The notes: generated by a model not told the origin, from the letters alone. Shown: positions 17,472-26,871, counted from the stretch's first letter. The stretch is DNA of 64,000 nucleotides from a virus (IMGVR_UViG_3300017913_001833:64001-128000), one strand, 5' to 3'. Translations and numbers: made by a program.

Positions 17472-18376
17472 AATATTACGAACAAAGACCAGAAGAAAAT
17501 ACATTCAAAGTTATATTTGTAGATCTCACACATAGATGTAACATGGATTGTTTCAATTGTTATCTGCCTAATAGAACAATACCAGACATGGACGAAAACA
17601 TGTTATACGATGTTTTAGAACGATTACCTGAAAGAACTTATATAAGACTTATAGGTGCAGAGCCTACTCTACGCAAAGACTTAACTGATATTATAAGAAA
17701 AGTTTTACACTATGGTCATAAGCCTAGTGTCACTACAAATGGATTAAAATTAGCAAGTTTAAAATATTGTCAAGAACTACGTGATGCTGGGTTGCGTATG
17801 GTATTACTAAGCATGAATGGTGCTGACGAACAGAAGATATATGAAAAAATAGATAATCATAGCCACGCACATGATCTTAAAATGCAAGCATTAGAAAATT
17901 GTTTCAAAACAAAAGGCTTTATAATCAACACAGGTACTATTATCGCCAAGGGTGTGAACGAACATACACTTAGAAGGCAAGCAGATATTGTATCAGACCT
18001 AGCAGAAAAATATAAGCCAAGAGTGAAACCAGTATTACGTGTAAAAAACATAGGCGACCTAGGCCGTTACATGCAAGGCAACACTATGAGCTTTGAAGAA
18101 TTAGTAGATGTTGCAAGCAATCAGTTAGGTATACCCAAAAGTACAATAATGGCAGAACGTGTAGAAGCAGGCACAAATAAAATTACTACAAATAATTACG
18201 GAGAAAGTTATTTGTTTGAATACAAAAACGTATATGTAAGATTAATCAACTGGAATGAAGAAGATGATCTAAACGACAGTGGTATAAATGGAAGCAAAAA
18301 CAGAGGACGTCTTACTGAAGATGGTATGATAGCACCTTGTTGGGAGCATATAAAACTAAATGAGTACGGTTACTAA
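17468..18376 (+). CDS. Radical SAM enzyme (MoaA-like core, no C-terminal auxiliary Cys cluster)
   Basis: CNMDCFNC, GAEPTL, TTNG. Confidence 0.85.
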   Translation: MKYYEQRPEENTFKVIFVDLTHRCNMDCFNCYLPNRTIPDMDENMLYDVLERLPERTYIRLIGAEPTLRKDLTDIIRKVLHYGHKPSVTTNGLKLASLKYCQELRDAGLRMVLLSMNGADEQKIYEKIDNHSHAHDLKMQALENCFKTKGFIINTGTIIAKGVNEHTLRRQADIVSDLAEKYKPRVKPVLRVKNIGDLGRYMQGNTMSFEELVDVASNQLGIPKSTIMAERVEAGTNKITTNNYGESYLFEYKNVYVRLINWNEEDDLNDSGINGSKNRGRLTEDGMIAPCWEHIKLNEYGY

Positions 18377-18974
18377 ACTAGATCAAACGCACAAAGGTTT
18401 ATTTAACAATTTTGTAAATGCAGAAATAGCACAGAGAAATTTGCATTCAGATCCCTTGTGGCAAAATATTTTGTTTATTGAACCAGATAGAGATATATTT
18501 GCCATAATAGAAAATGAGAATATAAAAGCATGTATGGCAGTTGAATACATCCAAACAATGCCTTGGTGTATACACAACACATTTATTATGCATTATGAAC
18601 TAAATGCTTTCACTGGAATCAAATATACAAAAAAATTATATGAGCATGTTTTAAATTACGCTGAAACTAAAGGTATATGGAGCCATTGGTATGCAAGAAC
18701 TGACAAAATAGATCAAGCATTAAAAAGTGAAAAATATGAATATGAAGGAATAAAACAAATGTCAAGATATGGAAATATGTTGGCGAAAGTTATAGGTGAT
18801 AGATATACTATTGCAGATAGAGCATATGTCAAAGCAGGACATTTAACAGGAATACCTCTATACGATAGGCTAATGATAGGCAAACCACTTCCATATGATG
18901 TAACACTACGGCAGATAACTATTAAACAATCAGCAGTAGCAGAAGGTTTTGGCGAGCGTATTACCTATGGCTAA
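18360..18974 (+). CDS. Hypothetical protein, possibly GNAT-like
   Basis: IFAIIENENIKACM...LYEHVLNYAETKG pattern resembles a GNAT topology; weak. Confidence 0.5.
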   Translation: MSTVTKLDQTHKGLFNNFVNAEIAQRNLHSDPLWQNILFIEPDRDIFAIIENENIKACMAVEYIQTMPWCIHNTFIMHYELNAFTGIKYTKKLYEHVLNYAETKGIWSHWYARTDKIDQALKSEKYEYEGIKQMSRYGNMLAKVIGDRYTIADRAYVKAGHLTGIPLYDRLMIGKPLPYDVTLRQITIKQSAVAEGFGERITYG

Positions 18975-20106
18975 CATATTAATAAATTATCAAAGTTCAA
19001 GTCTAAGACATACAACTCAAGAATTAAACGAGCATAATCTATATTCATGGAGAGTGCTTAATAAAGATTTCACAAAACGCACTGCTAGAGAAATACATCC
19101 TAGCTTTATTGATAATATTGACATATATGATGACCCTAGACCTATTGTTGCAAAAAAGATCAAAGCCTATATGGCAGAAAAAAATATTGATCTAATTTTT
19201 CCTTTGTACAATGATATGATGTTGCCTTACTTGTATGACAAAGTAGGCATAACTAAGAAACAGGCTAGTATTTTATCAAACAAAGAATACTACAGTAAAT
19301 TAGCCCGCCAATTGCATATTCCTGTGCCTAAAACTTATACCAACGTCCATGATGCTACATTTCCTATAATTGCTAAGCCAGTTAATGGTACAGGCAGTAT
19401 AGGCATAAAGGTCTTAACTGACTTTGATGATTTTGCACAATTTGTATCTGGCAAAGACTATCAGCATAATGATTTAGATCAATACTACATCTTCCAAGAA
19501 TTTTTACAAGGTAAGACTGTAAGTTGTGCAGGTAGGATTGTAGACGGAGAATTGCTTTATGATATATCATATGAAATAGAATCAAGTGCTTTACCTTATA
19601 GAGCAGAGACTGGATTTATCTTTTCTGCTGATATGGATCATGATAGTACATTACAATATTATATAGAAAAACTAGTTAAAGGATTAGGCTTAGATAACTG
19701 TTGCTGGATGGCTGACTTTTTATACAGTGATGGCGAATACTATTTGGTTGACTTTAGTGCCAGGCTTAGCACCAGTGCTCAAACACTTATTAAATATAGT
19801 GCTAATGTTGACTATAATAAAATTGTTGTTGATAGTTTACTATACAAAGACAAAACAAAAGTAGACTGCAAAAAAAGTGTAGTGTATAGGCATTTTAATT
19901 TACCAATGAGCGAATACAACACTGATATAGATGAGTGGCTTGTTGATGAAATACAATTACCTGCATACACTACATACCAAAATAGGATAGACATGTTGGT
20001 ACAATATAATGGTTACGCAATAACTAGTGCAGAATCATTAGCAAAAGCAGAACATAAGCATAAAAAAGTAGTTCAAACTTTAGTAAAATCTCTTAATGTA
20101 ATATAG
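18967..20106 (+). CDS. ATP-grasp ligase
   Basis: NKEY..KLA, IPVPKT, FPIIAKPVNGTGSIGI, IFQEFLQG, ADFL...LVDFSARL. Confidence 0.85.
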   Translation: MANILINYQSSSLRHTTQELNEHNLYSWRVLNKDFTKRTAREIHPSFIDNIDIYDDPRPIVAKKIKAYMAEKNIDLIFPLYNDMMLPYLYDKVGITKKQASILSNKEYYSKLARQLHIPVPKTYTNVHDATFPIIAKPVNGTGSIGIKVLTDFDDFAQFVSGKDYQHNDLDQYYIFQEFLQGKTVSCAGRIVDGELLYDISYEIESSALPYRAETGFIFSADMDHDSTLQYYIEKLVKGLGLDNCCWMADFLYSDGEYYLVDFSARLSTSAQTLIKYSANVDYNKIVVDSLLYKDKTKVDCKKSVVYRHFNLPMSEYNTDIDEWLVDEIQLPAYTTYQNRIDMLVQYNGYAITSAESLAKAEHKHKKVVQTLVKSLNVI

Positions 20107-20777
20107 TCGGGGCGCAGATTTTTTGTGACTTTATTATCCAATCTATTGTAACAAACAAACAATACAGTCCTGTCATCATTGCTTAAATTAGCGTCACTAG
20201 CATGTAGAGTATTGGCATGCATTACTATGCAGTCTCCGGCATTAGCCACCAGCTGTAGGGCTTTATACGCTGTTTTAGACGCCATTATTCCAAGGTTTTC
20301 GTCCGCACTATGTTTAATAGTCCATGAATCTGTTTCGAATTTTTCAACAGGTAAAGTATGTGATTCTGGCAATATTTGCAATGGTCCATTATTGTCATGC
20401 ATATCATCTAATATATACAGTACACTTATAGCATGAGGATTCGGCATGCCATCCATATTATGCCAATAAGTGTAATCGCTATGCCAAGCAAACTCTCCGC
20501 CTGTTTGTGATTTTTTATAATTGAAATGACACTGGTGTATGTAAATATCATCACCTAATTGTTCTTTGATATATGGTATTGCAGGATTGTCGTATAGAAA
20601 ATCATTTATTATTTCACTACGCCAATGCGGAGCAAATATGCTTCTAAGACTACCGTTGTTTTCTAGTATGTAAGTGTCATCAGCAGTACTGTATTCTAAA
20701 CGTTTTGCTTCTGCTTTAAGTGGTGTGGGATCAAAAATTCTTTGTAGAATTTCAAAGTCTTTATTCATGCAAGCCAT
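20073..20777 (-). CDS. PhyH-family Fe(II)/2OG hydroxylase, ectoine hydroxylase-like
   Basis: FAWHSDYTYWHNMDGMP resembles the EctD signature; NGPLQILPESH; AGDCIVMHANTLHAS..N.S...R. Confidence 0.8.
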   Translation of the reverse strand: MACMNKDFEILQRIFDPTPLKAEAKRLEYSTADDTYILENNGSLRSIFAPHWRSEIINDFLYDNPAIPYIKEQLGDDIYIHQCHFNYKKSQTGGEFAWHSDYTYWHNMDGMPNPHAISVLYILDDMHDNNGPLQILPESHTLPVEKFETDSWTIKHSADENLGIMASKTAYKALQLVANAGDCIVMHANTLHASDANLSNDDRTVLFVCYNRLDNKVTKNLRPDYITLRDFTKV

Positions 20778-20796
20778 TCCAAGTCAGTAGTAAAAG

Positions 20797-20825
20797 TATT
20801 TATTGATAAATATATTTAGGAGACA
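20797..20825. promoter_or_regulatory. Back-to-back divergent late promoter cores plus RBS
   Basis: TATTTAT-TG-ATAAATA (20797-20812), then TATTTAGGAGACA. Confidence 0.65.
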
Positions 20826-20829
20826 TGAT

Positions 20830-21204
20830 ATGAAAAAAGTTACCGTTAAATTTACTTCAGCTACAGATGACATTGAAACATTTGTCACTGGGAAATTTGA
20901 TAGCCTAGATGATGCAACTTTAGCAAGTCTGCATTCAACAATAGGTACAAACACAACTAATGGAAATATTTGGTTAAGACATTATTGCATTGAAGGTAGT
21001 CAAGCTCATATGATTTATATCCTAGATGATGCTGATGCAGTGACAGCAGTACAGCCTGCTCTAACACTAATGGCAGGTATTGAAGGATATGTTGAAACTG
21101 TAACTGAAGATATGACTTTTGATGAATTCAGTGCTTATGCAGCAGATCACAGAGAAACTGAAATCGTACATGCACGTAAAACTGCATTAGATGAGGCTAG
21201 TTAA
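20830..21204 (+). CDS. Hypothetical acidic protein (124 aa), probably late-expressed
   Basis: AGGAG RBS and late core upstream; no enzyme motif recognised. Confidence 0.75.
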   Translation: MKKVTVKFTSATDDIETFVTGKFDSLDDATLASLHSTIGTNTTNGNIWLRHYCIEGSQAHMIYILDDADAVTAVQPALTLMAGIEGYVETVTEDMTFDEFSAYAADHRETEIVHARKTALDEAS

Positions 21205-22041
21205 TAGCTCTTTAACTTCTATTTCGTAAACACCATTATACAGTAATCTTACATCTTCAATACTAGAAAATACCTGTTCCATTATAGGAGATTCTTCTAG
21301 CATTTCCCATCCTGTATATTTTTGTCTAGGAACAAAATTATAATTAGTAGAATAAAGTTTATGCTTGCTAGTCCGTGTGCTTAGTTTACCCGGACGTTGG
21401 TTGTTAACAAGTTCTTGTATTATAGGATCTCTCGCGAATGCAACTACCATTTCGGGAGTGTAACGTAAAAAGTCTGGTGTGCCGTCTATGTTGTTTATTT
21501 CATACCAACGGTTATAAGAATTTACTCTTTCAGTTTCTTGCCATTTCCATATACCGTCATAATTTTTGAAGTACGGTTCACCATTGGCCATAATCACAGT
21601 CCCAGACACTTTAGTAATACCTTTCATAACAGGAATCATTTGATAAGCGCAACATTGAGCTTTGTGTGCAATGTCTTTAAATTCTCCGCTGTATACTAAA
21701 TCTTCAACATCAACATTTATTACTTGTGGAGTAATGCCATTAATTTTACAAAAATCATATGCATAATTTGTATCATGCTCGTTCCAGTGTCCGTAATCTA
21801 TTATTGCTACATCAAATTGTATGCCTGCAGACTGGAAAACTCTGATCATAAACTCGCTGTCAATACCTCCGCTAAATAGAATAGTAAGAGAGTGTAGTGC
21901 AGTTTGCTCAACAAGTTTTGCGGATCTGATACATTCATTAGTAAATGAATCTATTATATTGTTTTTACACTTGTCCAAATGAACTGTCCAGCTACTGCCA
22001 TTACCTGATTGTTTGAAATAATTATTATAAGAAAGATCCAT
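21187..22041 (-). CDS. PP-loop (adenine nucleotide alpha-hydrolase-like) ATPase/amidoligase
   Basis: LTILFSGGIDSE PP-loop; PRQKYTGWE C-terminal motif. Confidence 0.7.
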   Translation of the reverse strand: MDLSYNNYFKQSGNGSSWTVHLDKCKNNIIDSFTNECIRSAKLVEQTALHSLTILFSGGIDSEFMIRVFQSAGIQFDVAIIDYGHWNEHDTNYAYDFCKINGITPQVINVDVEDLVYSGEFKDIAHKAQCCAYQMIPVMKGITKVSGTVIMANGEPYFKNYDGIWKWQETERVNSYNRWYEINNIDGTPDFLRYTPEMVVAFARDPIIQELVNNQRPGKLSTRTSKHKLYSTNYNFVPRQKYTGWEMLEESPIMEQVFSSIEDVRLLYNGVYEIEVKELLTSLI

Positions 22042-22713
22042 ATGAAAGCATTTAGTCCAATAGATTATAAGTTCGACAAAGAAGCAATTTACAAAGACTT
22101 AATGGAAATGAAAATCTTCGACAAAAGTTTCCTTGCTACAGTTATTTACAAAGACGGCAGGAGTAAGTATGATAAAGCTGGTGTGTTTGACAAGTATGAA
22201 GATGTAACACATTATGATGAGGAGGGCGAACTTGTAAAAGGCGATTACAATACCTTTGTAACATATAACTTTACACAGTGTCCTGATATTCCTGAAACAG
22301 CAGACAACAGTTTTACAGAGACTGAAGATGGTAGAAAACCTGTTTGGCATGTGTATGATCTACCGTGGTTCTGGAAAAGCAACACTCCAAAAAGTATAAA
22401 AGAGGCTGTCAACAATTTAGGATTATCTTATATAACTTGTGTAAGGCTAGTAGGACAAACACCTCCTAGTAAAGGCATTGTTCATGTAGACGCAGATTAC
22501 AAAGACAATTTACGTTACTACAAAAAAGGCGGAGTAAGTATTACTCTTAACATAAGCGATGGTGGTGGACATCTACAATACCTTACTCCTCAAGGTATGC
22601 AAGAAGTAGATGAATCTTTATACGACTGTTGGCATTTCAATGATGCACTACAACATAGGACTACAGAAATTACAAGCCCTAGAATACAAATTAGAGTATT
22701 TGGAAGAAAATGA
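22042..22713 (+). CDS. Fe(II)/2OG oxygenase-like protein
   Basis: CVRLV...IVHVD...FNDALQHRT...RIQIRVFG; similar to the split gene at 3366-3955. Confidence 0.7.
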   Translation: MKAFSPIDYKFDKEAIYKDLMEMKIFDKSFLATVIYKDGRSKYDKAGVFDKYEDVTHYDEEGELVKGDYNTFVTYNFTQCPDIPETADNSFTETEDGRKPVWHVYDLPWFWKSNTPKSIKEAVNNLGLSYITCVRLVGQTPPSKGIVHVDADYKDNLRYYKKGGVSITLNISDGGGHLQYLTPQGMQEVDESLYDCWHFNDALQHRTTEITSPRIQIRVFGRK

Positions 22714-23420
22714 CAGACTGGCGCAATTTAGTTTTTTCACCATTAGACTTGCCAAGTCCACCCGAAGTAGATATGGATGCTTTTATCGAGTGGCATGCTA
22801 AACAGAAAAAGTTTATGCTACAACATAATCAAAACAAAGTCAACAGTACAAATATATACGGAGGCTATTGTTGGCACATAAGTTGGGCAATCTGGTGGAA
22901 TACATATAAATTAGACAACCCTTGGATTTGCGGCTTTGAGAAATATTTTCCTGAGCTAGTCGACTATATAAACATGTTTCCTTTTACGCAAATAAAAAGT
23001 ATCAGTTTCCTTAATCAGATAGGAGGCGCAAAAGTTGAACCTCATAGTGATCCTGATAAAATGTGGGGTATGCGTTTTTACTTAAAAAATAAAACCAAAG
23101 ATGCTCTATACTTTAGTAGAATGAAAGAACCTCGTAATGAACGCATAGCAACAATGGAAGATGCAGATGGCAATCCTTTAAGCAAACGTAGAGATCATTT
23201 AGATTTTTGTAGAGATGAAAAAATTTATGCACGTTTTCCTAAAGACGAATGTGCTTGGATGCTTAACAGTTACAGAGCATGGCATGGTTTAGATGAAAAC
23301 GCTTCACCAACAGGAAGCAGAATTACATGTGCTATAATCGGCGACTACGACAAAGACAAACTTTTTAACTTGCTAGACTCAAGCACAAAAGAATATAAAG
23401 ATTATCAAATTTGGTTTTAA
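22710..23420 (+). CDS. Fe(II)/2OG oxygenase-like protein
   Basis: VEPHSD...LNSYRAWHG...RIT; paralog of the next gene (shared PLDLP N-terminus and LDxSxxxYKDY C-terminus). Confidence 0.7.
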   Translation: MTDWRNLVFSPLDLPSPPEVDMDAFIEWHAKQKKFMLQHNQNKVNSTNIYGGYCWHISWAIWWNTYKLDNPWICGFEKYFPELVDYINMFPFTQIKSISFLNQIGGAKVEPHSDPDKMWGMRFYLKNKTKDALYFSRMKEPRNERIATMEDADGNPLSKRRDHLDFCRDEKIYARFPKDECAWMLNSYRAWHGLDENASPTGSRITCAIIGDYDKDKLFNLLDSSTKEYKDYQIWF

Positions 23421-23421
23421 C

Positions 23422-24042
23422 ATGACAATACTATACACACCTTTAGATTTACCAGCACTAGACTTTGACAGAGAAGAATTTATAAAATGGCACGAAGCAA
23501 AAAGATGGCGTAACAGAGATAACATTAATTACGACACAAAAGATTTTATTGCTCCGTGGTTAGTAAGTTTTGCGTATCATAAAGACTATGGTTGGTGTAA
23601 CAGATTTATGAAAGTCATTCCAAACTTTCAAGACATATTGTACAATCATCTTCCATACTATGATATTACATATGTAAACTTTTTAGAACAAAAGATTCCT
23701 TGTCAACTACATCAAGATGTTGGCAGTCGTCCTGAAAGAGAAGACGAACCAGGTGCATACAAAGCATTTATGGTTTATGATGCACCATTAATGTATTTCC
23801 AAGTAGGAGAAGATAAGAAAAATCTTAGTGAAGAAAAGTTATATATTCAACATCCTAATGAACTTACGAAATGGTTTGCAATTAATAACTATGATGCATA
23901 CCATGCAGCTGACTTGCCAAGCAAGGGTCAACGCAAAATTATAATGACAATATTAGGAAAATTAGATAAAGAAAAACACAAACAGATACTAGATAGAAGT
24001 TTAGAAAAGTATAAAGATTATCTAATTACCTGTAAAACTTAA
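23422..24042 (+). CDS. Fe(II)/2OG oxygenase-like protein
   Basis: LHQD...INNYDAYHAA...RKII. Confidence 0.7.
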   Translation: MTILYTPLDLPALDFDREEFIKWHEAKRWRNRDNINYDTKDFIAPWLVSFAYHKDYGWCNRFMKVIPNFQDILYNHLPYYDITYVNFLEQKIPCQLHQDVGSRPEREDEPGAYKAFMVYDAPLMYFQVGEDKKNLSEEKLYIQHPNELTKWFAINNYDAYHAADLPSKGQRKIIMTILGKLDKEKHKQILDRSLEKYKDYLITCKT

Positions 24043-24634
24043 TTAGATCAAATTGGTCGGGCTTTTTATTTCTACTGCTTATTGCAATATCAGGTTTTAC
24101 ATTAGCATGATCCCAACCTAGTTCTACTCCATCCTTATATACTTTTCTAATTGGATCTGTGTCTAATTGATCTATATATCCTATACCAAGAATAATGGCG
24201 GCTGTTTTTCCAGACCTATCTAATTTTTTTGCAACTTTACCAGGTTCAATACATCCACAAAAGCCTGTTTGTAAACCTATTTCTTCGGCGGCAACCATTG
24301 CTATTGTTGCACTTACTATACAGTCTGCATATGTTTCTTTATCTTTATCAGATGCTATCCATGTTAAAATCACAGGAGCAAGAACTTGTCCGTTGTACCT
24401 TCTTACACCATCGCCTTCTGCGCCTCTTACTCCATTTAGGCAACAGGTATTTTTATAGTATAACCAATTTTTAAATTCTTCTGATTTAGAAACAAAAACT
24501 TCATATTCAAAATTTCCATTTTTAGATGGAGCATTGTAAAGACAATCTAGAACGTATTTTAATTTTTTATCCTCAACTTGAGAATCACTCCACCATTTTG
24601 CAGTTATACGTTTTTGTAAAAGGTCTTTTATCAT
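24026..24634 (-). CDS. Nitroreductase-fold flavoprotein
   Basis: LQKRITAKWW, APSKNG, AAEEIGLQTGFCGC, LGIGY. Confidence 0.8.
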   Translation of the reverse strand: MIKDLLQKRITAKWWSDSQVEDKKLKYVLDCLYNAPSKNGNFEYEVFVSKSEEFKNWLYYKNTCCLNGVRGAEGDGVRRYNGQVLAPVILTWIASDKDKETYADCIVSATIAMVAAEEIGLQTGFCGCIEPGKVAKKLDRSGKTAAIILGIGYIDQLDTDPIRKVYKDGVELGWDHANVKPDIAISSRNKKPDQFDLIKFYR

Positions 24635-26100
24635 GCTAGTGTCTTTTGTAAATAATCTTGTATAGCTTTACGCTTTGTATTCTTCAAGTATTTATGAGGT
24701 AATTTTTTGCGTAAGCCCGAGTAGTCTTGGTAGTGCTTTTCTAAATCTAATCCTAAACTAGTCACACTACCACATACCCAGCCTGCTACTTTTTGATAAC
24801 TGTCATCCATCTGTCTTAATTCTTCTGCAAGTTTTCCTGCTTTTATAGCATTCATGTGTTCATTTTTCCATACTGTCATCCATGCATTTGTTTTACTTGC
24901 AAGTGTATTTTTTAGTAGACGTTTTTGCTTATGTACTTTATACCCATACTTTTCAGGATTACGATCAATTGGGCTATGATATTCGTGATGTTCTTTTGAA
25001 TGTATTAGTAATGGATACCATTGCCAAAAGTCTATATTAGGATCTGAAACTACACGTTCTCTACTTTCTCTAATACTTGATTCGCTTTCATGAGGTAATC
25101 CAACAATTAAGTTTATCTGTGTTTTTACTTGCCCTTTACTTTTTTGCTTCATATCAGCTATAGCATCTAGCACTTTGTCTACTGTATAGCCTTTTTGCAC
25201 TGCTTGTCTTGTTTGTTTGTTATAACTTTCAATACCGAAACTTGCTCCTCGTAATCCTGATTCAACTAGTAAATCTATTTGGTCGGGCCACCTTACTAAC
25301 AATTCTGGTTTGATATATGTATCAAAATTTATGTTGAAAGGTAAACTACTTATAACTTCGTGCATAAGTTCTAATTTAACCATACTATCGTTATATGTAT
25401 CGTCCATAAACCAATAATTTGTTGTACCAAATTTTTCATAGTTACGCATAAATTCTGTATACATATCTTCTTTAGCACGGATATAATCAAACTTATTTTT
25501 GTTGTTAAGCGGAAAATTACAGAAACTACAATTAAAAATGCATCCTCTGGCTATTTCCATAGGTAAACTTTGATGCGGTGTGATGTAATCTTCTGCTTTC
25601 CATAGAACAGGTATATTACTAATATCTTTTCTATCATAATTGTGATTACTATCAACTATTTTCTTACCTTTGTAGTCTCTAAATTTTAGATTTGTATCTT
25701 TGCCGTCAAGGTATTTTGTTAATGCTACTGTTGCATCGTCTGCATATCCTGTAACGAATATATCTGCAAAGTCTAAAAATTCTACCATTGCTTTTGCACC
25801 GCCAATTACAAATGGTACTTTATATTGTTGGCGAAGATTTGTAAAGAATAATTTTCTTTCTTGTAATAGTTGAGATGTGTTAAAAAATGTTGTGCTGAAT
25901 CCTACCCATAGTGTATCTTGACTAACATATTTGTCAAACGCTTGTTGTATATTTTCATTAGACATGCTATGGAAATGGTCAATTACTTTGACTCTGTATC
26001 CATTCATCTCTAATTCTGTGCGTATCCTGTACGCTCCTAAAGCTCGAAAATATGTAGACTCTGATAAATCAATACCAGTAAAGATTACAGCATGATACAT
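24631..26100 (-). CDS. B12-binding-domain radical SAM enzyme (class B methyltransferase-like)
   Basis: Start at MYHAVIFTG (26100, TAATG overlap); VGFSTT..VIGG..VTGYAD B12-type domain; EIARGCIFNCSFC; DDTYN; GIES; IVGLPHE. Confidence 0.82.
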   Translation of the reverse strand: MYHAVIFTGIDLSESTYFRALGAYRIRTELEMNGYRVKVIDHFHSMSNENIQQAFDKYVSQDTLWVGFSTTFFNTSQLLQERKLFFTNLRQQYKVPFVIGGAKAMVEFLDFADIFVTGYADDATVALTKYLDGKDTNLKFRDYKGKKIVDSNHNYDRKDISNIPVLWKAEDYITPHQSLPMEIARGCIFNCSFCNFPLNNKNKFDYIRAKEDMYTEFMRNYEKFGTTNYWFMDDTYNDSMVKLELMHEVISSLPFNINFDTYIKPELLVRWPDQIDLLVESGLRGASFGIESYNKQTRQAVQKGYTVDKVLDAIADMKQKSKGQVKTQINLIVGLPHESESSIRESRERVVSDPNIDFWQWYPLLIHSKEHHEYHSPIDRNPEKYGYKVHKQKRLLKNTLASKTNAWMTVWKNEHMNAIKAGKLAEELRQMDDSYQKVAGWVCGSVTSLGLDLEKHYQDYSGLRKKLPHKYLKNTKRKAIQDYLQKTLA

Positions 26101-26852
26101 TATGTTTTGATTAGTTTGATTACCCAAGCACTTGGGTCTAATTCCCACCATTTGTGTTGAAAGTTCCATCTACCAGGTTTAGCATGATGATTGTTATGCC
26201 AACCTTCACCCCATGTAATAAGTGCAAGCCACCAAGTGTTACGGCTGTCTTCTTTTGTTTCGTAGTTTCTATATCCCCACATGTGATTTATGTAGTTGCT
26301 TAGAACACTGATCCAAATTTGTATTCCCATTGGAATAATACCTGCAAATATTAAAACATTTATGCCGCCTGCAATGTATAAAACTGCAAGCCATACAAGT
26401 AGTATAGCATAATAATAATTATGAAGCAAGAGATGAAATTTATCAGTGATAAGTTTTCTTACTGACCATTTATTCATTTCAAATTCATACTTAGGTATTA
26501 ACACATTCCACACACCGAGATGCGGACTATGTGGATCTCCATCTTTATCAGCATTTTTATGATGATCATTGTGTATAGCAACCCATCCAATACTACTCCC
26601 TGTTCCGCCTATAGCACCAAAAAAGGAAAACAAATATTCCATCCACTTATATCTAAATTTAAATGATCTATGTGTCAGATAGCGATGAAATGTAACTGTA
26701 ATACCTAAACATCCTGTTAAAAAATAGACAGCAATACTTAATGCCCACCATGATAGACTAGGTGCAAAGAACAGCATATAAACAATAGCCAATGTTGCTA
26801 CTGCCTGTATGTATGGGAAGTAGGTTGTATTTGCTCTAAAAATGTCTCTCAT
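26100..26852 (-). CDS. Membrane fatty-acid desaturase (delta-9/DesC-like)
   Basis: HRYLTH, HNDHH, DPHSP, NHMWGYRNY, GEGWHNNHH, WWELDP. Confidence 0.9.
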   Translation of the reverse strand: MRDIFRANTTYFPYIQAVATLAIVYMLFFAPSLSWWALSIAVYFLTGCLGITVTFHRYLTHRSFKFRYKWMEYLFSFFGAIGGTGSSIGWVAIHNDHHKNADKDGDPHSPHLGVWNVLIPKYEFEMNKWSVRKLITDKFHLLLHNYYYAILLVWLAVLYIAGGINVLIFAGIIPMGIQIWISVLSNYINHMWGYRNYETKEDSRNTWWLALITWGEGWHNNHHAKPGRWNFQHKWWELDPSAWVIKLIKT

Positions 26853-26857
26853 GATAA

Positions 26858-26864
26858 TATTTAT
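26858..26864 (-). promoter_or_regulatory. Late promoter core, probably leaderless transcript
   Basis: Minus strand reads GATAAATA-TTATC-ATG. Confidence 0.55.
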
Positions 26865-26871
26865 CCTGGTT

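Noticed and set aside
17468-18376. Calling this gene moaA
   Set aside because: It lacks the C-terminal CX2CX13C cluster motif and GG tail, and there are no other molybdopterin genes.
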